From: Eledone cirrhosa
Taxonomy: Eukaryota
Length of the DNA stretch: 64,000 bases
Direction: 5' to 3'
NCBI GenBank assembly: GCA_964016885.1
Contig: OZ024754.1
Location: 11,346,001 to 11,410,000 of the forward strand
The notes under the pieces were generated by a model that worked only from the letters and a program-made list of their open reading frames with translations, did not search any database and was not told the DNA's origin. The stretch's first letter is position 1; each line of letters begins with the position of its first letter. Below, one piece after another: positions 16,522 to 29,824 of the stretch. The position numbers were made by a program, and so were the translations under genes.

Positions 16522-16877
16522 AAATGTGGTTGGCATTAGGAAGGGCATCCAGTTGTAGAAACCTCATGATTCAAGCTCAACTCTCTAACAACCAAGCCAT
16601 GCACCTTCACATACATATTCATATATCAACAAACTGGGTTTGTTGAATATAATAGAGTCCCTATAATACAAACTGAAGGATTATGGGAAATCCCTTATTT
16701 TTTCTAAATATTTTCATTAAGCAACTCTATTATATCAGGCACTCTTTATTTAGTTAAAAACTTGCAAAATGGATAATAATAAGCTCATGTAACTTAAAGG
16801 TAAAAAAAAGATTTTTAAGAATAAACTAAAAACTAGAATGTAGTTTAAAAATAATAAAATATTAAATGTATAAATAC

Positions 16878-16918
16878 CTATTGTTGTTGAAGCAAGTATT
16901 GCACCTGCACCCACATTC
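16878..16918 (-). CDS. TJAP1: TJAP1/BEGAIN-family 41-nt exon (ECGCRCNTCFNNN)
   Basis: AG/GT boundaries, phase 0/2 fits both neighbours; Cys-rich. Confidence 0.85.
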
Positions 16919-17624
16919 CTGAAAGTCAAGAAGGAAAATTAAAAGTTGCTCAAATAAAAAAACAAACATCCTATCCTGAACAATTTCCTACCTCTTTTAA
17001 CCTCTTTAGCACATCTAGAAATCTTATAGCAAAACCAGCTGGTCCTTGTATGTCTTTAGTGGAGTCCACTCTGTTGCAAGTATTGAGATCAGGTCTACAG
17101 TTAGAGAATAACTCAATATCTTAAGACCCTGCAAAAAATAATTGTTTCTACTTTTGGCACAAGGCCAGCAATTACCCCAGTGCATTACTTTATTTCATCG
17201 ACCCTGTAAGGATGAAAGGCAAAGTTAACCTTGGCGGGATTTGAACTCAGAATGGCAAGGGCCGTAACTCTATGCGTCAAAGCATGTTGTCCGACCCTCT
17301 ACTGATACTGCCAATCCACTGCCCTGCAAAACATAATGGAGACCGTTCTTTCTCCACTGACTGAATATTTATGGTATTTCAATATAAAAGGGTGTAATCA
17401 AATAAACACCAAGCATTTTGTCCATCGTTCTACTGATTTTGATATTTCACAATCCTAATTAAATTAATTACTTAATTAGATCGTGGTGATGATAATGGCT
17501 TCTAACATAGACACAAGGCCTAACATTTTGGAAGAGAGATGTAGTCAATTAACCTCAGTGACCCAAAAGGAGGAAAAGTAAAGCTGATTATGGCGGGGTT
17601 TAAACCCAGAAAATAAAGAAATAC

Positions 17625-17823
17625 ACTGTATATATACAAATATAAGCTGACCCCACTTTTTTATGTCTGAGAAATGGGCAAAAATCCAAACCTTATTTAC
17701 ATCAAATTTGAAGTTGGTGAAAATCATCAAAATACTGACTCCGAATATAAACCGATACCCTACTTCTACTATCGATTTTTTTTGGTCACATATTCCTCGG
17801 CTTATATTCGAGTATATACAGTA
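17625..17823. mobile_element. MITE, Tc1/mariner-pogo type. Related-type MITEs at about 12920-13255 (split by a SINE), 19503-19647, 35650-35845
   Basis: Imperfect terminal inverted repeats ACTGTATATATACAAATATAAGC / GCTTATATTCGAGTATATACAGT. Confidence 0.6.
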
Positions 17824-17911
17824 TTTTGTCGGGCGGTTACTAATCAAAACAAAAGCTACGGTTAACTCAAAAGTTTCAAACTAGTCATATTGATGATCCA
17901 TTTTAACTTAC

Positions 17912-17980
17912 CTTGCATATGCTAGACATTTTTGGAATAAACACATGAGGCTGAGTAGGTGGGAGTAGCTGGCGAAACAT
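17912..17980 (-). CDS. TJAP1: TJAP1 probable start-codon exon, coding part (MFRQLLPPTQPHVFIPKMSSICK); whole exon 17912-18070
   Basis: AAG|GTAAGT donor in phase 0; joins the next exon to give CKECGCRCNTC; in-frame stop upstream within the exon. Confidence 0.7.
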
Positions 17981-20900
17981 GAGAAAACACTGGTGTTTGA
18001 TTTGGACTTAAAATAAGATACGAAATACATCGGGCAACAATCAGCACAATAGCTCTTTAAGCATCATGTTCTAGAAAATAAAATAAAATAAAAAATAATA
18101 CATATTGTAGGAAAATAAAATAAAATAGTTATCAGCAAACTCTTTTTGTTTTAAATAATAACATTTCTATATTACAAACTAAAATCATTACAATATCTAC
18201 ACAATAAGTAAAGAACTCATCATCATTCGTCGATCGTCGACTACTGTCGAGATGATGGATCTCACTCTCATGCCCCAGAATTCCCTGTCCCCCATCGCTG
18301 CCCCCAGGTCCTGTCTACTGATTCCCGTATCCCTAGAGATAACGTCAGGGAATGACAGCTTCCTACTCCTAGTCAAGAACTAAACAATTTGATATTAAAA
18401 ATAATTTTGAATTTTCATTATTAAATAAGAATTAGTTCCAGATTAGGCCGAGTTAGAGTGGCTCAGGAAAGAATCACCACATGGGTAAATCTCCAGCCCT
18501 AAACCTAAAGACAAACCTAACAGATACTATGGTATAATGTGGAGTAGATTCCTACTGCCTTCTCCATGATTATGGCTTCATCTCAGCACTTGGTATGGTT
18601 TATGTCCTCCACATGTCATTGTGCATCTTGCACCACCTATACACCTTTGTTGATCACCTTGCAGTTGATCATCTTTTATTTTCAGATCAAACGGGGGTCA
18701 AACCACATTTTGAGATGTTTAGGCGGGAGGTGGGGCATGGTTTAGATAAGGTTGGGAACCACTGGTGTAGCACCAATGAAAAGATATGAACAACAGGATT
18801 TGGAGCTAGTGTCAAGTTGTTTACACCACTCCCAATTGTGATTCCACTCTCTCGCTGTCACACACACAAGTAATTACTAACTAATTAGTAACAATGCTTC
18901 ATTTTGTAATGATTGAAAATGCAAGACTGTATGTTACAATGAATGAATAATCTCACCTTATAATAAATATATACACTACTTTTTGTATTGAGTACTTTGA
19001 TTTCTAATTGTTACACTAGAACAATTATATTATGGAAGTGATTTTACAACATACAAAATAGTGTTACATTCACTTTCATAAATCTCTTAACCCTTTAGCA
19101 TTTAAACCAGCTGTATCTGGCCAGAATTCTCTCACCTCTTTCTGTTCAAACCAGCTGTAACTGGCTGCTCGTACTAATGTTAAGGCATTGTTCTCAAAAT
19201 AAATACCATATTTGGAGGCACATGGCTTAGTGGTTAGAGCATTGGCCTTGCAATCGAAAGGTTGTGAGTTCAATTCTCAGACCGGGTGATGTGTTGTTTC
19301 CTTGAGCAAGACACTTTATTTCACATTGCTCCATTATAGAGACTGGGGTCTATATAATTCCACTGCAAAGTGGTCATGGAGGGGCCATGGCAAAAAAGCA
19401 CCCAGTACTCACTGTAAATGAGGTTGGTGTTAGGAAGGGCATCCAGCTGTAGAAATAAAGTCCTTGCAAGCAGGGAAAAGCAGACGTAAAATGATGATGA
19501 TGATTTCCCGGTGCCGAAGACCTAATTTTGACAACCAACATTTTTTTTTTTAAATGATAAACAACCTTCAGCCTCCAGGACACATGGTAGATTTTTTAGA
19601 CTTATTTTAGTAAAAAAAATAGCGTCTTCGACGCCGAGAAATATGATGATATTAAAATCTCATAGATTCGTTAAAATGTGAGATAAAGCCTTTATCATGA
19701 AAATACAATAATAAATATAGGGTAATGTAAATGGTAAATAACTAAATAATACTGGATACTGTGAAGTATAGTAAAGTGTCATTGCACTTCAGTGAAGAGA
19801 TCACTGACACAGTTTCATGAATTATATCAACGACATTGCAGAAATGTACTGAAACTTTTTGAAGCTTCATATCAGACATTGGTACAATGTTTTAAGGTCA
19901 TCACCCCTGACGAAGCAAAGGTTAACCTTGAGAGCCCCATGACAAGCTTCTCTAATTCTCCCTATTGCCTACTTCTCCTTCCACCAAACCCCTGGCTCAC
20001 CATTTTTAGCCCTGTTTTACTTGGTCTTCCCTTCTTCTGCTTCCTCCCACATTTATTTCCATCACTTCTCTTACCCAGTCACTTTCATCCTTCCTCAACA
20101 CATCTTATTCCATTTCTGTTCACAATATCTATCTCTATTCTCATCCTCTGCAATTTATTGTTTGTCTTCTCTCTCTCAGTAATACTCCACTCCTCCATAG
20201 CCTTGCCTGTTGCTTCACATTCATCCCTCGTATTTTTGACAGTACTATTAACCGTTTAGCATTTAAACCGGCCAATTAAGGGGGGGTTTAAGCTGGGAGA
20301 TAGATAAGCTAGAAGCAGGGTAAGATCCATCTATTAAGGAGTAAGATTAAATTAGATTTAGGAATTAAGTTTGAGAAGGATTAATGTAGTTGAAAAAAAA
20401 AGCTTAGATAGAGAGATAGAATAAATTTAAGGGAGAAGTTTAAGAAGGATTAACTTAGCTAAAAAAGAGGGGATAAAATAAAGAGATTGGGAGATTTAAG
20501 GGACAAACTTCAGAAAAATTAATTTAGTCTTTAAAAAAAATGAAATAAGATGGAAAGAAAAGATCTTAGCAAGTTTAGTTTGAGAATTAATTTATCTAGA
20601 AAAAAAAAGGGGGGGGGGGGGAATAATATCACACTTGTCATGAGTGGGTGACAGGAGAGTGTGACATGAGAAAGATTCATTTAGGTAGAGATTTGCATTT
20701 GTATGTTTATATTCTATTCCAGTGTTTACTGACAGAAGTTTCCAATTTGAAATTCCCACTTAGTTATAAAAGCTAATAATTGTTTCATGCAATAACCACA
20801 AACATTTGAATGTCTTGTGTCTATCTTATCATCATCATCGTTTATCCATGCTTGCATGGGTTGAACAGAATTTTTTCAGCACATCTCTCTACTCATCATG

Positions 20901-21867
20901 TTCCTTTGTCATCTCCTCTGTGAGTCTCAGCAATTTGAGGTCAGCTCTCACCACTTTTGGCCAGGTCTTCCTTGGTCTACCTCTACTGTGGGTTTCCTAC
21001 CACTGGGATTTTCTGGTACTTCTTCACCCAGCGAAGAATAAGAAATAATTAGTGATATGAAATACCTTCACTGACCAAACCAAAACCCCTGAATACAAAA
21101 GAACCCTAGTTACTCGGTTCCTTGATGATCTCTCTATTAAAATAGATGGAGGACTTTTCAGTTGTGTCAAAGACATGACAACTTCCCCTGTGCACTTGAG
21201 AATGCATGAAATGAAGTGTTTTGCTCAAGAACACAACACAACACCCATGATTAGTAGTTTACTGTTTACCGATAAATATATCTTTAAACATATGTTCAGT
21301 ACAAAAAAAAAACAAATACAATGAAACACCAGCTGCTCTGAAATTTACTGGTATTTCTTTAAATAACTCTAAGAAAAGATCAATCCTCTTAACTAGGACA
21401 AATAGAAAACACACATGCACCAATAGAAAGAAAGTAAATTTAGCATATAGGTACGGGAACAGCAATTTGCTTCTTGTGGTTGTATCTACTGAAATCAAAA
21501 ACTGGATGACTTAGATCACCTGAACATTACAAAAAAGACAACTAAAAATACACACAAATAAGACATCTGTCAATAATTGTTTCTACTTTAGGCACAAGGC
21601 CAGCAATTACCCAGTACATTACTGGTATTTTATTTTATCGACCCCGTAAGGATGAAAGGCAAAGTTAACCTCGGCGGGATTTGAACTCAGATCATAAAGG
21701 GACGCAAGTCTATGCTTCAAAGCATGGTGTCCGACTCTCTACTGATACTGCCAATCCACCAATGACAAATGGACAGTATTGATTGAAACAGGGTTGCCAG
21801 ATCCATATCATAAAAAGTAGCAAATTACATTAAAAAGTAGCCCAAAAGGAAAATTTTGCTAGCAAAT

Positions 21868-22074
21868 TAACCCTTTAGCATTTACATCACTCTATATATA
21901 CTATTGTATTTTCACGGTAAAGGCTTTATCTCACATAATATCGAATCTATGAGATTTTGATATTATTTATTTCAAGAACAATCCCTTAATGAGCAGCCGG
22001 TTACAGCCAGTTTGAACAGAAAGAGGTGAGAGAATGGTGGCTGGATATGGCCAGTTTAAATGCTAAACGGTTAA
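21868..22074. mobile_element. piggyBac-like MITE. Other copies or fragments at about 12100-12232, 19088-19205, 31350-31563, 32515-32714, 39661-39888, 60745-61210, 61855-62076
   Basis: TTAA-CCCTTTAGCATTT...AAATGCTAAAGGG-TTAA termini and shared internal sequence. Confidence 0.8.
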
Positions 22075-25000
22075 ATACCATTATCATTATTTTTACATCA
22101 GATGCTTGCATGGGTCAGACAAGTCCTCTCTAGCACAGCATCTTTCCACTTGTCTCTTTTGTCATCTCCTTTGTGAAGTTCAACAACCTGAGATCTGCTT
22201 TCAACCACCTCTGGCCAAGTCTTTCTCAGTCTACCTCCACCACACCTTCCACTAAATATCCTTATATCACCTACAGCATGTACTTGGAGTGTTTATTATA
22301 TAGATCACCAACACTAGGGAGGTTATCATGTTCTTGACACAAATGGAGGGTCCCCCCAACTCTTTTTTTGGCCAATTTTCTATGGTTAGGTGCCTTTCCT
22401 ATCAGCAACCACTTTACATATGTAAGGGTGTGTTTCTCCTGTAGATCACCAACACTAGAGAGGTGGTTGTACCATTATCCACTCAACCCTCCTATTAGGC
22501 ATGGGTTCTACAGCGGGGTGCTCTTCCTGTTGCCAACCATCTTGCAGGGTGTACCGTATACATTTTTGTGGCACCATCACTAAAGTGGTTGTTGGTCATG
22601 GTCCCAATTGAAGAGCCCACTCTGCTCTGTGGGGCAACAGATAGATGTGACACTGTAGATGTGGTGATTTGGTAGGGTGATGAGTAAAGGGAAGGGGTAA
22701 CTGATAGTATATGGGGAGATGGGCGTGGATGGTGTGGTCTCGTGGTGGGGTGGTGATAAAGAAATAGCTAAGGGGTAATAGTGGGGGAAGTGCACAGGGT
22801 TTAGAAAGAGTGGCTACATGGGTGCAATAGTGAGTTTCTAAGAGTTTTGAGGGGGGGGGGGGGGTAGCTAGGGAGTGGTACTAGAGGGGCCATAAGGGGG
22901 ATGTGCAGTGGTTGTGAGGATAGTTGCTGGGGGGAGTGTGAAAGAAAAGGAGAGGGACACATGAATGGATCAAGTTATATTGTATGTCACAGTATAGCGC
23001 CACATAATATATATATTATCCAACTCATGCCAGCATGGAAACGATGGATGGATAATGATGATGATGATGATATGATGATGATGATATCATCATCATCATC
23101 ATTTAACGTCTATCTCCCACTCTAGCATGGGTCAGACGGGTTTGTCCCATTAGAGGCAAGTTGGGTCGGGTTACCGTGACTCACACATATAGGACTATTT
23201 CTGGCTAGTTTTCTACGGTTGGATGCCCTTCCTAATGGCAACCACATTTATGGTGTGTGCTGGGAGCTTTTTGCCATGTCTCCTACACAACCACTTTACA
23301 GTGTGGACTGGACTGGGTGTTTTGTGTTACCAATATAACTTCAGATATATTTATGAGAATTTCTATTAAAATTTCCAAAATGTTATTCCTAAATCAATTT
23401 GGTTTAGCTGATCAATTGTTCTTGATCTTCTATTACAATTTCATTTACATCTCGCCATCACCCACAGTAATGCTGTGAGTGTTTTGGTTTTCCCCCAAAA
23501 CTATTTGAGGAAGGTTTCGATGCCAATTGACCAATTGACGCGTTTAATGTTGAATTGATGTTTTTGGGGCGCTTTTCTTTTTCGCTTTGATTGTATATTT
23601 TTGTGTGTTATCTTTATAAGGTTCCATGAATTCTATTTTTATACGAAACATAATGATTATAATACCTTGCTAATGAATTTTTGTTGTTATAAATGCAAAC
23701 GAAATAAAGATGAATGTATATATATATATATATATAATTGGCAGAGTCGTTAGAACGTCAGATAGAATGCATTGTAGTATTCGTTTCGGCTCTCTGCGTT
23801 CAAATCTGCCCGAGTTCAACTTTTCCTTTCATCCATTCGAGGTCGATAAAAAAAAGTACCAGTCTGGTAGTGGAGTCGATTCTTACTCTACATCTCTTTC
23901 TCACTCCCGTTCTCTCACTAGAAGAAAGAGGAGAGGGGCTCCGGCAAGTTTTTTTAAAATGTCAGTACGGTGCCCCTACCACTCCCTCAGGGATATGTAA
24001 CCACCCCCAGTACTTGAAAGACAGTTAACTTTGACGTAACTTAGTAAAGCGACTTAACTAAACACCCCAATGTATTTGAAATGTATTTTGTCCGATGTCT
24101 AAATGATTCTGTTAATATACCGCTTTGATTTAAAAAAAAAAGAAACTGTTTATCTTAATAAACATGTCTTTGCTTTGTCCCCTTTTCTTGTGCGCGCTTG
24201 TGGCTAATAAAGAAATATATCTTAATAAATATGCCGTTTTTATATAATCAGTGAGACGTCAACTAGGTGTCTGTACTGACTATATGGCTATGACTTCACT
24301 CGATACGTGAATGTTTCTACAGAAAATCACGGATGTGTACAAACGTAGTTATCTAAATCAATGTATCAAGAAAAACACTGAAACATTTACTGTGACTATT
24401 TGAATTTGTAGATATATCCAACCCTCAAATCAAAAATCTTGTTTGAAATGGATGTTTGACTACAGGGGAGAAAATATACTAACGTCATTTAAAAAGACAA
24501 TAAAGTAAATATTTTATATAGTGGATGTATTATATACACACATAATGCGATGTTTAAATGAAAGTTTCAGCTGTCGATAGATTGGGAAAACATCGATCAG
24601 TGACAGTGATTGACAAAGTGGGAGGGGATATATTGATTGACAAAGGGGATGGGGACATATTATAAGCTGAAGTTTCTGATTATTCAAATGATTCAACAAT
24701 ATATATTTATCAATCTATATATATATACACACACACACACACACGCCCGTATGTGTGTGTCTATATATGTATATATTATAAACTAATACGTTATATAAAT
24801 TCTGCATTAGCATTATTAATATTGATGTTATATAAATGATTTTTTTAAATGTTCAACAATACGCTAAAAATAAACATAAGGTAGAATAGAATTAACAGCG
24901 AGTATTTTATAGGGTTCGAATCTACTTAAAAACTAATAACATTAAAACTATTTCTAGTGTATTTTTAATTTTAATGTACTTAGATACAAACGTATAGTAT

Positions 25001-25155
25001 ACAGAATAGCTGTCAACATAATTACACCAAAACATAGATACATATCTAGGAGAAGACAGTATGGTTATTACAGTAAAAACAAAGATAATAGAGACACTTA
25101 CAATAAGATAACTTTCGTAAAAGATAACTAAATACAATGGATAAATGAATGATAC

Positions 25156-25230
25156 CTTTGTTGTGATAGCTACACGTCTACTGCCGTCGTTGTTACGTGT
25201 CAGAGTAGCAGAAACACTGCTGACTTCCAT
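25156..25230 (-). CDS. TJAP1: Probable TJAP1 first exon ORF (MEVSSVSATLTRNNDGSRRVAITTK): alternative N-terminus or uORF
   Basis: ATG at 25230, AAG|GTATCA donor in phase 0, unique CpG-containing sequence next to an ETS motif. Confidence 0.55.
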
Positions 25231-25315
25231 CTTTCAAAACAAATACAACACACTTCCGGTTCCTCTTTACAACACGCTCTTATCTCGCTTTCATCGACCT
25301 TAACAACCGGACAGA
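25231..25315 (-). promoter_or_regulatory. Putative TJAP1 core promoter / TSS region
   Basis: ETS-type ACCGGAAGTG (minus strand, 25251-25260) just upstream of the ATG; local CpG enrichment. Confidence 0.5.
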
Positions 25316-25373
25316 AGCTTTTAATCAATCCTATTTTAAGCATTATATATATTAATTTATTAAATTATATATG

Positions 25374-25421
<48 letters not shown>

Positions 25422-25701
25422 TATATATATATATATTTTAAATTATATATGTATGTATATATATATAGGAACCAGTAAGACCCCGACGGCTGAGCTCAAG
25501 CCGTTTCGACGGCTAATTCTGGACGCAATTAGCCGTCGAAACGGCTTGAGCTCAGCCATCGGGGTCTTACTGGTTCCTATTACCCACTCTACTACCCCAA
25601 GTATTGAGTACTTTGGTGCGTTATGGTCCACCTGGTTCCTTACCACATTTCCTTCGTTATATATATATATATATATATATTGATTTATTAAATTATATAT
25701 G

Positions 25702-25747
<46 letters not shown>

Positions 25748-25831
25748 TTTATTAAATTATATATGTATATATATATATATAAAATAATTAAGTCAAATAT
25801 TTAAAATTTAGCTTCGTTTAATAAAGATGTA

Positions 25832-25888
25832 CTGCTATATATATTTCGGTGACAGCCATCATTGGCTGTGACCTCTTCAGGTAGTCAG
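25832..25888 (-). ncRNA. Minimal type-I hammerhead ribozyme motif with intact core
   Basis: Minus strand reads CTGACTAC-CTGAAGA-GGTCACAGCCA(ATGA)TGGCTGTCACC-GAAA-TATA-TA-TAGCAG. Confidence 0.75.
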
Positions 25889-26299
25889 AATTGGTGTGGT
25901 AGAGACAGGTACACATGTTCTTGAAGTGTTTTACTCTGTCAATACTCCGATATGTCCAACTCCTGGTTGGGTTGAAACAACCAACATATACTCAAAATAT
26001 ATATATATATATACATATATTATTTTTATCGAGCCCTCTTCGGATTTTAGTCCTCATATTTATTATTATTACTTGTGGATTGGCAGTATCAGTAGAAGGT
26101 CGGACGCCATGCTTTGACGCATAGGGGTTACGTCCCTTTCCATTCTGAGTTCAAATCCCGCCGAGGTTAACTTTGCCTTTCATCCTTACGGGGTCGATAA
26201 AATAAAGTACCAGTAACGCATTGGGTTATTGCTGGCCTTGTGCCAAAAGTAGAAACAATTATTACTATATGTATATATGTATGTATGTATGTATGTATA

Positions 26300-26625
26300 C
26301 AGTTGTCCCCCGGTATTCGCAGGGGTTACGTTCCTAAAGGATCTGCGAAGAGTGAAATACCGCGAATATTGGATGTGTCCTTAAAAATACCTATAAATGT
26401 CAAAACATAACTTAAGGTATAGGCCGACAAATACGGTATATTGTTATTAATAATTTAGCGTTAAAAAGCATGAAAAAATATATATTGCCACAAAAAAAGC
26501 CATTAAAAAATCGCGGAAGATACTTACGATTCCGCGAATATGAGGTGGATTCACGAACAATTATTAGTTTGATTCTAAGGAAAATTTCGCGAATAACTGG
26601 TACCACGAACGCCAGGAGTACACTG
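26300..26625. mobile_element. Tigger-like MITE
   Basis: TA-CAGT...ACTG-TA termini with imperfect inverted repeats. Confidence 0.7.
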
Positions 26626-26647
26626 TATGTATATATATATATATATA

Positions 26648-27670
26648 CAGTGAGTCCTCGATATACGGTATATATGCGTTCCTGAAACCCTTACCGTATA
26701 TCGAATTACCGTATAAAGAACCCATTATAACATGAAATAGATAGGGATGCGTTCCAGTACATCGAAAAAGTCATTCCTATAGAAAAGAAATAATGTTTTT
26801 TTTTTTATTTACTGTACCTTACACATGCAGATGATGTGCCTCTTCATCTTTGACTGCAGTGGATGTTGAAGGGCCAGCTGTAGCACAGTTGGCAGGTGTG
26901 ACTGGCTTGAAGAAAGAGTAGATGGAGGACTGTTTGGCGGTGTTTCTTTTGGCTTCATACATTTATTGGTAAATCTTGACGCTTTTCCCGACGTCTTGAG
27001 CCACTTTGCTGCTCCTAGCAGGGTTGGGGTCACGCTCCTTCAGGGTTTCTGAGATTGTTTCGATACTCCCGAGACATTCTCTTAGAGTTTTTATGTCCAA
27101 GCCACGCACAGGTTCTTCTTCCTCCTCTTCTTCTTTTTCTGTCTCCTGTATCGCCTTGTCTAGTTCTATGAGTTCATCATTGGAGAGTGGTTCAGCGTGG
27201 CTTTCCAAAAGGTCTTTCACATCATCATCATTAACACCATCGAAGCCAGCTCTATGGCAGAGATTTACAATATCTTTTTTTATCGCACCAATGTCCTCAG
27301 CAAAGCCATGGAAGTTATTCACACATGCTGGCCATAATTTCTTCCAGGCCAAGTTCATGGTAGACTGCTTCACTTCTTCCCAAGATGCCTTGATGTTGTC
27401 TAAGCCGTGCTTGATGTTGCACAATTTCCACCTTTCCCTGATCATCGGCTTGTCAGGCCCATCTCTGCCCTTTATCAGCTGCTGCATGGTTCTCCGCTGG
27501 TCGCATGCCTTAAATGTTTTGATGACTGTTTGATCCATCGGCTGAATGAGAGCTGTGGTGTTTGGGGGGAGAAACAAAACCTCTATATTTTCTGACCAGT
27601 CTTCCATTGCCCGTGGGTGGCTGGGGGCGTTGTCCACTAATAGCAGAAAACGGTTGGCAATGTTGTTAGC
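26648..27670 (-). mobile_element. Truncated pogo/Tigger transposon (DDE transposase C-terminal part, ORF 26963-27637)
   Basis: LLVDNAPSHP...FLPPNTTALIQPMDQ motif, acidic tail; TA-CAGTGAGTCCTCG terminus. Confidence 0.92.
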
Positions 27671-27674
27671 TAAT

Positions 27675-28407
27675 GCATTAGGCGATTTAGCGATCGCTCT
27701 CTATAATTCTTAGTCTTTCTCTTTTTAGATAGATACATACATATAACGTCGCGCCCTTATAATATCTGTCTGTATGTCTGACTGTCTGCATTACGTCACT
27801 TCCCTGAGGATGTCTGTGTGTGTGCGTGTTTAAATCCCTAAAACTCGAGAAGTACTCAACCGATTTTTTTCAAACTTTACATGTGTATTACTTATGTTTC
27901 AAGGATAAAAAAATTCAACTTTTTTATCTCCTAGGGCCCATTAGGGGAAAAACTGCGTTTTTTAAGCTTTTTAGGGGTTTTTGAGGCGTTACGTCAGACC
28001 GATTTCTTTGAAATTGTAACTATGTATTAGTCAGTCTCTTCTTCATACCGTGAGCAAAGAAAATCCAACTTTTTTATGGCCTGGGCCCGCATTAGGTGAA
28101 AAAATTCATTTTTTCAGCCATTTAGGCTTTTTTGAGGCGTTACGTCTAGCCGATTTTCCCGAAATTTCAAGGCGTATTATGCACATAAAAAAAATTCATT
28201 TTCTTGATCCCCTAGGACTCGCATTAGGTGAAAACCTGCATTTTTCCTGCTTCTTCGAGGAAAATCTTAAAGATTATCCAGCCATCAGAGTATTAGGTTT
28301 ATTTTCTTTACATATTGTCCAGTCATGCAGTTTTTCCACGATTAGGTCTGTTGGCGGCTCGCGTTCCAAAATACCTTATCCCGTGCAACGCCGGGTACCA
28401 CTGCTAG
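27675..28407 (+). mobile_element. Non-autonomous Helitron-like element; homologous pieces on the minus strand at about 45050-45530, split by a SINE
   Basis: 3' hairpin CCCGTGCAACGCCGGG followed by CTAG then T. Confidence 0.7.
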
Positions 28408-29824
28408 TATATAATAAAACACTCACTGTTTGGTTGGGGTTGTTTTCGCTTCGTATATTCTATATCCCTATAGTTGATTTAACTAGCAAACAATGTATAT
28501 CATTTGCAAAACATATATATATCCGGGGTTCAATCGGGTGTCACCACAGTAAGTAAAGTACTCAATACATTAGTCGAGTGTATACAACAAATTTAATATA
28601 TCTTTATATTGCTGTTGGTTCACTAACTTGGGCACTGTGTGTGTCTGACTACCATCACCTAACCCTTAAATATTTTCTCGATATTTTTACCCTCTCCACA
28701 ATTATTTTATCTAGATAGGTCAGGATAGATACATTTGACTACTCATATATGTGAATATATACCTTATGAACGATCACTAAGCCAAATATTTATACACTCA
28801 ATCACACACAGCCACTCACTCATGGTTTCATAAAGATTCTTTACAATTTGATAAACAATATATGCCTTTATATTGCATTTGCAATTTAGCCTTGAACTAG
28901 CTGTTGAAACAGCAAGAGCCCAACTGTCAGGGCCGTGACTCATTCATATATATATCATCATCATCATTTTACGTCTGCATTTTCCCTGCTTGCAAGGGTG
29001 GGACGGGAACTGATTCTGGCTTGATTTCTACAGCTGGATGCCCTTCCGAACACCAACCTCATTTACAGTGAGTGCTGGGTGCTTTTTTTGCCGTGGCACC
29101 TCCACGACCACTTTGCAGTGGAATGATAGGGATCCCCAGTCCCTATCATCTCATTTCTACAGCTGAGTAAACTGGAGCAATGTGAAATAAAGTGTCTTGC
29201 TCAAGGAAACAACACATCACCCGGTCTGAGAATTGAACTCACAAACATTCGATTGCAAGGCCAATGCTCTAACCACTAAGCCATGTGCCTCCATATATAT
29301 ATGAATTCTACTGCTTCCACTATTATAAGCTTTTTGTTGAAGTGTAATAAATAATTAAGTATTGCATATGATTGAACAAGATATATTGTAGTCAGTATAT
29401 ATAGACAATTATAATAGATACAGAAACATATGTTAAAACAAATAAATTCCTAATCTCCTTCATGCAGACGTTTTATTTTTCTTTGTGCAATACTTACTTG
29501 CTTATATATATATATATATGTGTGTTGGTATTTTAACGATAGTTATAGCTCTGATTTTTCCAAATTATTGAGCCCTCTGCCACATATATCGGATATTGTT
29601 TATCATGATTTCGTGGGCTGATATTCCGATTCTCGATTATTCTACTATATATATATATATATTTATTTATATTTATATAAATATATATATATATGAGGTG
29701 GTATCAAAAAGTTCCAGGAATAGTTATATTTAAAAAAAACTAATATATTTAGTTTTAACATCATCTCCTTCAAAATAGTCCCCTTTCACAACAATACACC
29801 AAGCCTTTAATAAACTTCTTCATT

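Noticed and set aside
17912-18069. Alternative Cys-rich frame with an early TGA (T*CLKSYCADCC...), possible selenoprotein
   Set aside because: Its phase does not fit the downstream TJAP1 exon and I see no SECIS evidence
19213-19290. tRNA-like sequence with A and B boxes
   Set aside because: It is the head of a multi-copy SINE that continues into core and LINE-derived tail; not a stand-alone tRNA gene
24922-25155. Hydrophobic extension of the 102-aa ORF (membrane-protein-like)
   Set aside because: Lies after a good splice donor in T-rich intron sequence; the hydrophobicity follows from base composition
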